Source: Octopus bimaculoides (Eukaryota). Taken from it: a stretch of 48,198 nucleotides of DNA. Location of the stretch: the NCBI RefSeq assembly GCF_001194135.2, contig NC_068986.1:18286005-18334202 (forward strand). The letters run 5' to 3'. Numbering within the stretch: the first letter of the stretch is position 1; each line of letters opens with the position of its first letter. The translations under genes were made by a program, and so were the position numbers. This document shows positions 36,848 through 48,198 of the stretch, piece by piece. The notes below the pieces were generated by a model. The model ran no database searches, was not told where the DNA came from, and saw nothing but the letters and a program-made list of their open reading frames with translations.

Positions 36848-36850
36848 GAT

Positions 36851-36937
<87 letters not shown>

Positions 36938-36938
36938 G

Positions 36939-36967
<29 letters not shown>
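36848..36967. repeat. (AGC)/(AGT)/(GGT) microsatellite
   Basis: Direct reading. Confidence 0.95.
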
Positions 36968-36969
<2 letters not shown>

Positions 36970-37752
36970 CAGCACACTCTCTAGAAATGTTGTCGATGAC
37001 GAAATCAATGCCAGACTCGCCAAGGCAAGCGCTGCCTTCGTCAGGCTACGCAAGACTGTCCGGAACAGGAGGAGGATCACCATCATGACAAAGATCAAGG
37101 TGTACCAGGCTGTTGTTCTCACAACACTGCTTTACTGTTGCGAGCCCTGGACGGTCTATCAGCGTCATGCCAGGAAGCTGAACCACTTTCATACAATACG
37201 TTTCAGAAAACGTCTCGGCATAAAGTGGCAGGACAGGATCCCGGACACCGAGGTACTAATACGTGCTAACCTCCACAGCATCCATACCATCTTGATGCAG
37301 CCTCAGCTTCGCTGGGCAGGGCACGTAGCTCGCATGCCAAACGATCGATTACCAACAAGATTGCTGTATGGCGAGCTGCAAAATGGAAAGCGCTCACAAG
37401 GCGGCCAGAAGAAGCGCTTTAAGGACATACTGAAAGCCTCACTGAAAGCCTTCAACATCGACCGTGACACTTGGGAGCAGTCTGCTCTGGACAGAGAAAG
37501 GTGGCGATCAGCTGTCCACAAGGGTTCCAACACATGCGAGACCAATAGCATCGCTGCTACAGAAGACCGCAGACAAGCCAGAAAGAACAGAGCTAACAAC
37601 CTTGTTGCAGGAGCTACCACTCCCTGTACACACTGTCAAAAACTCTTTTGGGTGCAGATTGGCCTCACTAGCCATCTACGGACTCACAAAACAAGCCCAC
37701 CCCACCCCAAGATGACTAGAAGGCCTTCATCGCATCGACGGACAAACTACAA
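36968..37752 (+). mobile_element. RTE (BovB-like) LINE, 5'-truncated, open reading frame
   Basis: GSTLS..DDEINARLAKASAAF.RL...TKIKVYQAVVLTTLLYCCEPW...LRWAGHVARM..RLP..LLYGEL..GKRSQGGQKKRFKD.LK, plus C-terminal CTHC..HLRTH finger; short 3' UTR with stem-loop; flanked by AGT repeats. Confidence 0.95.
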
Positions 37753-38760
37753 TAGAAGTAGTAGTAGCAGTAGCAGTAGTAGTTTTACTGTATTCCTATT
37801 ATATCATAATGTGACTTTAGGTTATTGTTTTGAGTGCGTATATAAATTTATACGTCCACGATTTACGACACGTATTATGTAAGCATTGCGTGAGAGTTGA
37901 ATGTGATATATGAACCGATAGTGAAGATGTTAGTGACGAAAGTGACGACAATGACAACGACGGTGATGATGTGGAAGATCAGGATTCTTGTGCGAGAAAT
38001 ATCATGAGCATAACATAGCATGACATTAGTTCAGAAGAGAATTCGTTTTCGCATTTTATATTTATATAACGCCCAGAGCATTCCATTTCGTGTAGACTGC
38101 AGCTGGGAAATTGACGGATATCAAACGGTTTATATACCACGTTAGATCTAACCAGATGGTAGTTAATTTGCAAAGGAAAATAATATAAAAATACCTGAAT
38201 ACTTCTTATCAATTAGAAAATGTTTATTTTTATTTTTATTCAGTGATGAACAATATAATCTGCTAGATCAATATGAGGAATTGCGTTGGTTATTTCACTT
38301 TTATTAACGGAAGATGAAAGTTAACAAACATTATTAATCCATTCTTATCATACGTTCATATTATCATTTTTCTTATACATCGTTGCTCTCATACTTGGTT
38401 GCTAAACAGCAATCATGTTTTGTAAACTACTCGTCATAAATCCGTAAGAAAATTAAACTATGATAAAATAGGAATGCTAAATACCCTAAAGTCAAGGCAT
38501 GTGGTTTCATGGTTACAATCACATGATTATTACGTTTTCGATTCCTTTGACTCCTTTGCAAAAACTCAGTAAGTAAAAATGAGTAATTATGTGACAGATT
38601 GGCGTACGCATTTCCCCAATCCAGGAGACCGGCCTTATGGGCATGTGACTTTCGAATGATTTTGGAATCTTATGAAATATTATCAGAAATAGAAAATTAA
38701 ATATGTAGAAGGCTTAGATTGTTTAGATAAATAAAGCAGGTTGGGACCAAATTTTTTTTT

Positions 38761-39106
38761 GTTGGCACTCAGTCGCTTAGGACGTCGAGGATTCCAGTTG
38801 ATCCGATCAACGGAACAGCCTGCTCGTGAAATTAACGTGCATGTGGCTGAGCACTCCACAGACACGTGTACCCTTAACGTAGTTCTCGGGGATATTCAGC
38901 GTGACACAGTGTGACAAGGCTGACCGTTTGAATTACAGGCACAACAGAAACAGGAAGTAAGAGTGAGAGAAAGTTGTGGTGAAAGAGTACAGCAGGGTTT
39001 GCCACCATCCCCTGCCGGAGCCTCGTGGAGCTTTAGGTGTTTTTGCTCAATAAACACTCACGATGCCCGGTCTGGGAATCGAAACCGCGTGGGCCATTGC
39101 GCCTCC
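38761..39106 (-). mobile_element. SINE family C with a deletion in the tRNA head
   Basis: Highly similar to 19174-19556; lacks ~30 nt between 'gaaaccgcg' and 'tgggccattgcgcctcc'. Confidence 0.9.
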
Positions 39107-39189
39107 TGTGACCAAAATAGGAAGGAAGTAAACACAATATCATAGAATCACAAATAATAGTTTCAGACTTTTGGAGAAAAACAGTAGTT

Positions 39190-39332
39190 TTTGAGAGGAG
39201 GGAAAAAACGATAATAACAACACTAGCTCTTAACTAGTTCTTATTATATCAACCCCAACAGGACGAAAAGGGTGGAATTCGAACACAGATCTTAAAGGCA
39301 GACGAAATGCCGATAATCACCTTGTCCGGCAT
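39190..39332 (-). mobile_element. SINE family A, decayed
   Basis: 'aaccccaacaggacgaaaag...gaattcgaac...ggcagacgaaatgccg'. Confidence 0.55.
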
Positions 39333-39675
39333 GTATCATCGTTTCATGAGTGTAACAATGATAGCATAGCTCAAATTTTAGGAGACAATAACATGACTGT
39401 TTATTTATACGATGTAGTTATCCTCAATTGCTTATATTTCATGAAAATAGAAGATCGATAGGTTTGACCTTATCGGTATTACGTTATGTCGATCGACCAC
39501 ATGAGCATGTTGTTACAGATCATAGAAATATTTTTAAAAAAATTAAAACAAAATGAAAAGTGAATTTAGTGCTTCCCTCAAGAATCACCATTTACATTCG
39601 AGTTTCAAGAAATTAACTTGTTGTCAATCAACTTCACAGCTTCAGCTTGTAGGAATCTTGAAACAAAATAATAAA

Positions 39676-39915
39676 CAGGTGGATGTGTGGTAAGAAGCTT
39701 ATTTCCCATTCTCATGGTTCCGGGTTAAGTCCTACTGCGTGGCATCGGGACCAAGTGACTTCTACAAGTATCTTCTACCATAAACTTGGGAATGGATTTG
39801 GTGGACAAACGGTATAAAATAAGTCCTAGGGGACGATTTATTCAACTAAAGCCCTTCAAGATGGTGCCACAGCGTGGCTACAGTTAAATGACTGAAACCA
39901 GTAAAAGAAAAAAAA
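39676..39915 (+). mobile_element. SINE family B, internally deleted
   Basis: Head 'gtggatgtgtggtaagaagctt...ggttccgggttaagtcc' joined directly to 'aataagtcctaggg...ggtgccacagcgtggctacagttaaatgactgaaaccagtaaaagaaaa'; no internal microsatellite. Confidence 0.8.
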
Positions 39916-39968
39916 ATACAAACAGTTTTATTCGTAAGTATTTAATTTGCAATATATTTAATTCAAGT

Positions 39969-40190
39969 AGGGCGGCGAGCTGACAAAGACGTCAGCAACA
40001 CCGGGCGAAATGCTTAGCGGAATTTCGTCTGTCTTCACGATCTAAGTTCAAACTCCACCGAGGTCAAATTTGCCTTTCATCCTTTCGGGGTCAATAAATT
40101 AAGTACCAGTTGCATACTAGAGTCATTTTAATCGACTGCACCCCTCCCTCAAAATTTCGGGTCTTGTGCCTAGAATAGAAAAAAATATAT
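39969..40190 (+). mobile_element. SINE family A, full length
   Basis: gggcggcgagctg head, family core, tail 'gggtcttgtgcctagaatagaaaaaaa'. Confidence 0.9.
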
Positions 40191-43100
40191 TTAGTTGAAG
40201 TAGTTGGATGCTATTTCTCCTAGACTATGAAAATAAAGACGATTCACAAATGGCAAACTCATGTATTTTCCTGAGGTATCTCGAGGATTATGATAAGCAG
40301 TTCGAACTATTCACATCATGAAAAATTAGAGACTTCAGGAGCTGTGAAATAAATTATTTGCTTATACTTCTTTTTTTTCTTTTGTTTTCCTACAACAGTA
40401 AAACTATAGATAGTTATATGTGGACAGCAAGGCCATCAAGATCAGAAGAGGCGAAAAATAAATTCCATCAACCACAGTGTTCGAATGGTACTTCATTTAT
40501 TGACCCCGTTATATATATACAGATATATGCATATATACACACACGCATACACACATAAATATATTTATATATATACATGTATGTATATATGTACGTGTGT
40601 ATATATACATACATATACACATATGCATGTATATATNNNNNNNNNNNNNNNNNNNNNNNNNNNNNNNNNNNNNNNNNNNNNNNNNNNNNNNNNNNNNNNN
40701 NNNNNNNNNNNNNNNNNNNNNNNNNNNNNNNNNNNNNNNNNNNNNNNNNNNNNNNNNNNNNNNNNNNNNNNNNNNNNNNNNNNNNNNNNNNNNNNNNNNN
40801 NNNNNNNNNNNNNNNNNNNNNNNNNNNNNNNNNNNNNNNNNNNNNNNNNNNNNNNNNNNNNNNNNNNNNNNNNNNNNNNNNNNNNNNNNNNNNNNNNNNN
40901 NNNNNNNNNNNNNNNNNNNNNNNNNNNNNNNNNNNNNNNNNNNNNNNNNNNNNNNNNNNNNNNNNNNNNNNNNNNNNNNNNNNNNNNNNNNNNNNNNNNN
41001 NNNNNNNNNNNNNNNNNNNNNNNNNNNNNNNNNNNNNNNNNNNNNNNNNNNNNNNNNNNNNNNNNNNNNNNNNNNNNNNNNNNNNNNNNNNNNNNNNNNN
41101 NNNNNNNNNNNNNNNNNNNNNNNNNNNNNNNNNNNNNNNNNNNNNNNNNNNNNNNNNNNNNNNNNNNNNNNNNNNNNNNNNNNNNNNNNNNNNNNNNNNN
41201 NNNNNNNNNNNNNNNNNNNNNNNNNNNNNNNNNNNNNNNNNNNNNNNNNNNNNNNNNNNNNNNNNNNNNNNNNNNNNNNNNNNNNNNNNNNNNNNNNNNN
41301 NNNNNNNNNNNNNNNNNNNNNNNNNNNNNNNNNNNNNNNNNNNNNNNNNNNNNNNNNNNNNNNNNNNNNNNNNNNNNNNNNNNNNNNNNNNNNATATATA
41401 TATATATACAACTGTCTTCCGCACAGTTACCCTGTTCCAAATCCGCTCACAGAACATGTTTCGGGTTGCACTGATAGCAGAAGATAATTGGACACGGCGT
41501 CACGTAGTCACGTAGTGGGACTCAATCTTTAAAATACAGTTGCAAAGCAAGATGCTCAAACACGCAAACACGTTTGCTTGTGTAAAATAACAAACTTGGG
41601 AAATCTCTGTTCAAATCCACTCCTGGCGTTTCGTGTTGTGCCTAAGAAGAAGAATTTGTTTTTAGTATAGATCAATCTAGCTAACGAGTTGAAATATATA
41701 ACAAATCATCTGTGAATAGACAGCTTCATATCAGACCATATCCAATCATATTATCCCCTCATAAAGTGGGAAACAAGCTCCATTGAGTTCTGCTTAAAGG
41801 CAGTATATATGTGAAAGTCTGAAACAACAGATACCGCATTAAATTTATTAGGAACAGGCTATGAAAAGCTCCCGCATTGCAGAGATATTCTCGCTACTCA
41901 TGTGAAAGGGAAATTATCATTGAAGCCTAGATTAAGAGAATAACCTTGCACTTCAGTACATTAAAACTAATTTCAATTCGCAACAGAAATTTCATAGTAA
42001 TTCCCTAAATTTCCTCCGATCATGGCGTCATAAAACTGACAATGTGTGGCAGAAGTACTTAGCAAATGGTAAATTACGTTATTTCTTCCAACAAATTAGA
42101 TTAACTTAAATCCAACTGCGCAACGATTCAAACGATGATAATCAACTTAAATTTTCAGCGAATTCCCTTAACTGATAAGGCCACATGAATTTAAAACAAT
42201 TTAGGGCTATATAGTATGAGGTAAATTAAATATGTTTGCAATCAAACCGACAGGCTAAGCATTATATCACGCAATAAACAATTCTACTATAAAATATAAT
42301 GGTCATCAGGATTTGTAAATTAGCTAAGATATATAATCCTATACAGCATCTGAATGAGTGGTGTTGAAGGCGATTTTCTGTAATTGCTATAAGGTTCATT
42401 GAAATGTATATTTATATTAAATATGCTCTGCTTCACACTGATACACAGCGGCTGAAATTTCCTTCAAAATTCAAACAAGGACCTCGAAATGAATCATTTA
42501 TTAATTATATATTTTCACACGTTCCAGTTCCACCACATTTATGTGTGAACGAATGTTTATATAAATGTTGTCGACTGTTCGCCATAGGTTGCCTTTCACT
42601 ATTCAGTTCGACTTTAAATCTGTTGGCGAACCCACACGCCCGCACATCAGGCTGCTGCTCTGCGCCCATCTCACTAGGTACCAAGTGGTGTACAAGAGTT
42701 CAACAAGCACTGTTGACGATTGAGTCTTCCCCTCAGTAGCAGCTCACTTGCTAATTGACGTCCAACCGTTGTGTGACGGTACAGATCCTTCGCTTTTAAC
42801 AATGACATTCAGGTCATCGGTCTAGGACTCCTCCGACTTGTCGGTTTTCAAAAGTCTTGCTGACGACGTCTTCATCGTAACCGTGACACGGGAAGCTAAG
42901 CTTTTGCTAGCACTTGTCCAAGATGCCACTCTATAGACAGAAGTGCTGATTTACTCTCCCTTATACGGCCTACCACACACACACACACACATACACATAC
43001 AAATAAGCACGCAAACACTCACACAAGCAAGCTCACTCACACACACGCACACAAACATATATGAATAGGTATATACACACAACTATGTATGCAAGGTGTG

Positions 43101-44387
43101 GAATGTATTTAAGGACACGTTTGCGAATTTACTAGAGAAAAGCGTACAGTATTTAATATTTAAAAATCTGTAATTGTTTGTCGATAAAACATTCTACAAT
43201 ATCAATGTCTAAACCTCCTTCATTGTTCATGATAGCTTCAATTCGAGACAGAAATCATAGACTTATCTCTATGAGATGACCCTAAAACGCGTCGCACATC
43301 ACTTCAACAATGCCGGATTTCAGTACAGCAATTCTGTTTTTAAAACGTTTAATAGGCTTGGAAGCCCTAAATGTTGCATGCCATCGGAACAGCTGGAAAA
43401 TTAGTGGCGAACATCAAAAAATGTCCGCACATAACCATTTGATGTTTGTTTAGTTTTCCATTTGATCTTTATGGCATTTTTTTTTGTTATCAAAACAGAG
43501 CCAATGTATACCATGTAACCGTCTGTAAAGGATCGCTTGTGTTTTGCAGACATGTATTGGCATCTCCTATTTGCATGCAACTTGTATCGAATGCTGCCGT
43601 TCACTACACTTCTCATAATCCAATCTGACACATGAAGTCCTTTGGGAATGGAACTTATTGATTTTCGACAACAGCATCAATAATGTTTGAACACCTTGGA
43701 GGAAATACTGTGGAGGAATTTCTGACACTATAGAGTCCAAATATTGAGAACAGTATTTCCTTTAAGAGGATTCAAACTTTCCAACAGATGCTCCCAGTTC
43801 AATCAAAAGTTTATTCACGAAAGAGCTTGAAGCATTTTCGACATCTCAGATTCGCTGTCTGTTGTACATATGAAAACAACGACTACAAGACAGTAACGCT
43901 TTTGGCATGACAATTTTGTCTGGCATTGAGGATATAGAAGAGATAGTTGGTTTCAAGGGTTGTAATGTATTAATAAATAAGTGTTCTCAAGCAGCATGTG
44001 CAGCATGCGCATATAGTGTATAGATAGGGGTAGATAAGATACACACACTCACTCACACACACACACACATATATATATATGTTTATATATATATATATTT
44101 ATTTTTATATATATATATATATATATACNNNNNNNNNNNNNNNNNNNNNNNNNNNNNNNNNNNNNNNNNNNNNNNNNNNNNNNNNNNNNNNNNNNNNNNN
44201 NNNNNNNNNNNNNNNNNNNNNNNNNNNNNNNNNNNNNNNNNNNNNNNNNNNNNNNNNNNNNNNNNNNNNNNNNNNNNNNNNNNNNNNNNNNNNNNNNNNN
44301 NNNNNNNNNNNNNNNNNNNNNNNNNNNNNNNNNNNNNNNNNNNNNNNNNNNNNNNNNNNNNNNNNNNNNNNNNCTTTATTTTTTTTG

Positions 44388-44635
44388 TCTCCGATGAAGG
44401 GAAGTACTGGATCTTCCCAGAAACAACTGTAAGACTCTATCCATAAAATTGTTCAACCTTACCTTTGCTCTCTTTATCCTTTTGTTTTTATATATTTGCA
44501 TATACACATGCTAATACACGACTTATAATACCCAATCTTGTTCATACAACGATTGGGGCAAACTAATCGGTATATAGCACTTACTCGGTATTACCTGTAT
44601 CCTCCGGGATTTGGTTAAATCCAATACCCTCCTCA

Positions 44636-44640
<5 letters not shown>
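44388..44640 (+). mobile_element. Possible Penelope-like terminal repeat fragments
   Basis: 'ccgatgaagggaag...gaaacaactgtaagact' resembles the PLE 'tgatga...gaaac' end motif; recognition only, no coding evidence. Confidence 0.25.
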
Positions 44641-44677
<37 letters not shown>

Positions 44678-45799
44678 TACATACACACACGCACATATGC
44701 ATGTACATCCACGCACACACGCACGCACATATACACGTATGTATCTATAATATAAATCCCGTTCTGTCTGTGTTTCTAGAAGATTATAACGGCCGTATTT
44801 TTCAACTGATTTTCTCCAAACTGAGAAAATACATTATTTATGTTTCTTGTATGGCCATATACTCTTAAAAGTTTTCACATAATGATTAACGGGCTTCCTG
44901 GGGACAGAAAATACCCGTCCCTGGGTTACTTGGAGAAGGGATGTAACTCTATGCGAAATAACTTTCAGAAATTGATTGTCTCCCTCACATCCATTGATCA
45001 TAAAAAAATTAAAATATTGCATTTTATATTACATTCAAGTATTTGAAAGTTTTTCTTAAATATTTACTTTCGATTTTGTAGCGTCATTGAGGTCTATATT
45101 TGTCTATATCACTCTATCCATCTCTCTATATATATGTCTCTAACTTTATCTATGTCTATATTTATTTATCTCTCTGTATATCTTATTTGTCTAACTTGAT
45201 CACTTTCTCTCTCTCTCTCTCGTTCTCTCTCTCTCTCTCTCTCTCTCNNNNNNNNNNNNNNNNNNNNNNNNNNNNNNNNNNNNNNNNNNNNNNNNNNNNN
45301 NNNNNNNNNNNNNNNNNNNNNNNNNNNNNNNNNNNNNNNNNNNNNNNNNNNNNNNNNNNNNNNNNNNNNNNNNNNNNNNNNNNNNNNNNNNNNNNNNNNN
45401 NNNNNNNNNNNNNNNNNNNNNNNNNNNNNNNNNNNNNNNNNNNNNNNNNNNNNNNNNNNNNNNNNNNNNNNNNNNNNNNNNNNNNNNNNNNNNNNNNNNN
45501 NNNNNNNNNNNNNNNNNNNNNNNNNNNNNNNNNNNNNNNNNNNNNNNNNNNNNNNNNNNNNNNNNNNNNNNNNNNNNNNNNNNNNNNNNNNNNNNNNNNN
45601 NNNNNNNNNNNACACACACACACACACACACACACTAATATATATATATACATATAACTCATTCTTTATTGTTTTCACATTCATTGTTCAGACGCTATTG
45701 TTATCACTTTAGGTTCAATCGCTATTGTTTCTACTGTAAGATTTCAATAGTTATATACAAACAGCAGCGATAAATTACTGACTGAAAGAAGTAATTACT

Positions 45800-46052
45800 T
45801 ACTGATGAAAGTAATTTTATCCATAATTTACTAACATAAGGAACTTCATAAATTCCACTTCAATCTGTACACTTCGTTAAATTTGCCTACAAATTTCATA
45901 TTTACTTTTGCAAATGTTCTGGGGTTTTTTACGGAATTACTGATGAAAGTAAGTTTATAATTTAATGACAGAAGTAACTTCAAAAATTTCATTTAAATAT
46001 GTACACTTAGTTAATTCCCCTAAAAATGTCTTATTTACTTTTGCAATGGTCT
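45800..46052 (+). repeat. Imperfect tandem duplication, period ~138 bp
   Basis: tactgatgaaagtaa...tgtacactt.gttaa...atttacttttgcaa occurs at 45800 and at 45938. Confidence 0.85.
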
Positions 46053-46800
46053 TCTATGTTTCGGTTGTTAAAGGTTTTTTTCTGGTTCCTTCGATACTGG
46101 CTCTTTGGTTCACTAAGTGAAAAATTTCGTTATTTTCCGTAAAATTCGTTATTTTCCGTAAAAAATGTCCTATTTAAGTTCTGCCGGTTGTATTAGGAAA
46201 TATAATTTCCAATACCCAGTTATTTTCATTGTTTATGGTTTTCTGTACCCGTTTATACGTGTATAACCATGCCTAGAAGGAAAGTGTCAAATATGTCTGC
46301 AATGTCACGGTCAGACAAAAAGATATCTCTGTCCAGCGAAAGAGAGACAGCTGCAGGAAGGGAAGCATACCAAGAAACGAACAGGCTGTGCTGTGCACTA
46401 CAAAAACCAGAGCATCTCAAAATGATCAACAGAAGTGTACACGGTCGACAAGTTATAGGATCCCCACTGCAGAAAGAAGAGCAGTTTTAACAGCTCAGAG
46501 AGCAACTTCTATGAAGCAGCTTTCATTTATGATCCAGCAGTTCATTACACAGATGACACTAGAGTTTCTATTGGTGGAATAACAAATGAATAAATACATT
46601 ATAAAGCAAGCATGTGACCTGAAAGACAATTGCACTGTGCTGAAGTAGTCGAAAGGTAAAACTCCCTGCAATCCCTCAATCTACAGAGCTATTGAAGAAA
46701 ATGTCATCAACTGACAAAGTGTCCAAGCACTTCCAAAACAAAATTAGACAATACAACGCTGCACTTCTGAAGACATCATTTGGATCCATAAGAAATTTAG
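46020..46800 (+). mobile_element. Helitron 5' portion (Rep/helicase N-terminus), degenerate
   Basis: From ATG 46269 across frameshifts: SRERETAAGRE..., FYEAAFIYDPAVHYTDDTRVSIGG, KVKLPAI..., DKVSKHFQNKIRQYNAA..TSFG (Helitron IRxYNAAFQMTSFG motif); truncated at (TA)n and a gap; 5' boundary uncertain. Confidence 0.85.
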
Positions 46801-47195
46801 CTATATATATATATATNNNNNNNNNNNNNNNNNNNNNNNNNNNNNNNNNNNNNNNNNNNNNNNNNNNNNNNNNNNNNNNNNNNNNNNNNNNNNNNNNNNN
46901 NNNNNNNNNNNNNNNNNNNNNNNNNNNNNNNNNNNNNNNNNNNNNNNNNNNNNNNNNNNNNNNNNNNNNNNNNNNNNNNNNNNNNNNNNNNNNNNNNNNN
47001 NNNNNNNNNNNNNNNNNNNNNNNNNNNNNNNNNNNNNNNNNNNNNNNNNNNNNNNNNNNNNNNNNNNNNNNNNNNNNNNNNNNNNNNNNNNNNNNNNNNN
47101 NNNNNNNNNNNNNNNNNNNNNNNNNNNNNNNNNNNNNNNNNNNNNNNNNNNNNNNNNNNNNNNNNNNNNNNNNNNNNNNNNNNNNNNNNNNNNNN

Positions 47196-47196
47196 N

Positions 47197-47232
<36 letters not shown>

Positions 47233-47415
47233 GTGTGTGTGTGTGTGCGTGTATATGTTTGTTTGTCTGTGTTTGTCCCCATAACGTTGCTTGACAACCG
47301 ATAGTGGTGTGTTTACATCTATGTAAACCAGAGGTTCGGCAAAACCGACCGATAGAATAAGTACTAGGCTTACAAAGAATAATCCTGGAATCGATTTTCT
47401 CGACTAGAAGGCGGC
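47196..47415 (+). mobile_element. SINE family B, internal (GT)n plus 3' half (head probably in the gap)
   Basis: 'gtctgtgtttgtccccataacgttgcttgacaaccga...cggcaaaaccgaccgatagaataagtactaggcttacaaagaataa' matches 6600-6745. Confidence 0.85.
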
Positions 47416-47799
47416 TTAATCGATATGTATACAGTTATACAGGTAGGTACATATAGGTGTGTTTTCCCGCGCGTGTATGAATATGCCAGTGTGATGTATG
47501 CGTCTGCGGTTTGTCCCCAATTCAATGGAGTGGGGTGTATTTATGCATTTGATAAATGGTAATATTTCCTATTTGAGAATTTGCTTGTATATGAAAATGC
47601 GTAAATTGCCATTTCAGCTACAAGAGAACAAATCGATTTATAGAATCACAGGTAAAAGACAATGTGGCAACCGTGTTCACACAAATAGACACGCATATAA
47701 CATGCGTAAAAAATTCTATATGATGATATCGCAATCTAAGTAGTATATGACGGACAATGTGTGATGCAAAAGAAGTGTAGTCATTTCAAGTTGAAGCGT

Positions 47800-48165
47800 A
47801 TAGATGCAAAAATATATACACATATAGATAATACACGTATATGTATGTATGTCTGTATGTGTGTGTGTGTTTAAGTGTATACCTGTATATGCCTGTATAT
47901 ATACGTACGCATACATAAATACATGTATACATATTTGTATACATTCACACAGACTCAGACACGTACACACATACCTATATATATATGTATGTATGCACAT
48001 ACATATATATACATAATATATATATAAATGTATAGATATATATGTATACATATATATACATTGACCTAGCGGATATGTGGAATTGTTGACTGTGTACGTG
48101 TTGCAGCTGAATGTATATATACGTATATACACATATAGAGAGGGGCGTACATAGACATGTAGTGT

Positions 48166-48198
<33 letters not shown>
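47800..48198. repeat. Degenerate TA/CA/TG low-complexity tract
   Basis: Direct reading. Confidence 0.9.

Larger units (their letters stand above)
561..47195. other. 15 assembly gaps (N runs, ~6 kb in total)
   Basis: Approximately 561-666, 9729-10148, 13495-13916, 18171-18613, 20856-21085, 24025-24632, 25437-25878, 27326-28037, 29020-29526, 31545-31630, 32260-32573, 40637-41393, 44129-44373, 45248-45611 and 46817-47195. Confidence 0.98.

Noticed and set aside
1880-40190. Dispersed near-identical repeats considered as a CRISPR-like or regularly spaced array
   Set aside because: Copies are ~200-bp SINEs in both orientations at irregular spacing in eukaryotic DNA, with no repeat-spacer periodicity or cas genes
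43400-43870. Moderately complex region with short ORFs, possibly a decayed LINE on the minus strand
   Set aside because: No diagnostic motif could be identified with confidence
538-47297. Dozens of long ORFs containing X runs or YIYI/VCVC/THTH/ERER/poly-S/I/V/T peptides
   Set aside because: They are products of N gaps and di-/tri-nucleotide microsatellites, with no real coding signal
1-48198. Using retroelement orientation bias to infer the strand of an enclosing host gene
   Set aside because: SINEs and LINEs occur on both strands without a clear skew, and the sample is too small

Overview
AT-rich, microsatellite-dense eukaryotic non-coding DNA. About 6 kb of the window is N gaps (15 runs), nearly all flanked by (TA)n, (CA)n, (TC)n or (GGT)n. 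The repeat families and compound di-/tri-nucleotide microsatellites point to an octopus (cephalopod) genome; this is an inference from recognised repeat style, not a database result. No host protein-coding gene, rRNA, true tRNA or CRISPR array is supportable, and most ORF-track entries are artefacts of N runs and simple repeats. The readable content is a transposon record. It holds about 20 tRNA-derived SINE copies or fragments in three families (my labels A, B, C). LINE remnants are R4/Dong-like, CR1-like and two RTE-like, one with an open RT-thumb/C2H2 frame. DNA transposons are a full-length dead mariner, a full-length dead Tc1 (DD34E), a mariner MITE, maT-like and other mariner fragments, and the 5' part of a Helitron. 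The best second-look signals are LINE-SINE 3'-tail sharing, a core module shared between SINE families, a mariner nested in a SINE's internal microsatellite, a filled/empty paralogous insertion site, LINE-borne C2H2 fingers, and a few unexplained exon-like islands. I found no convincing evidence of a wholly new biological system.
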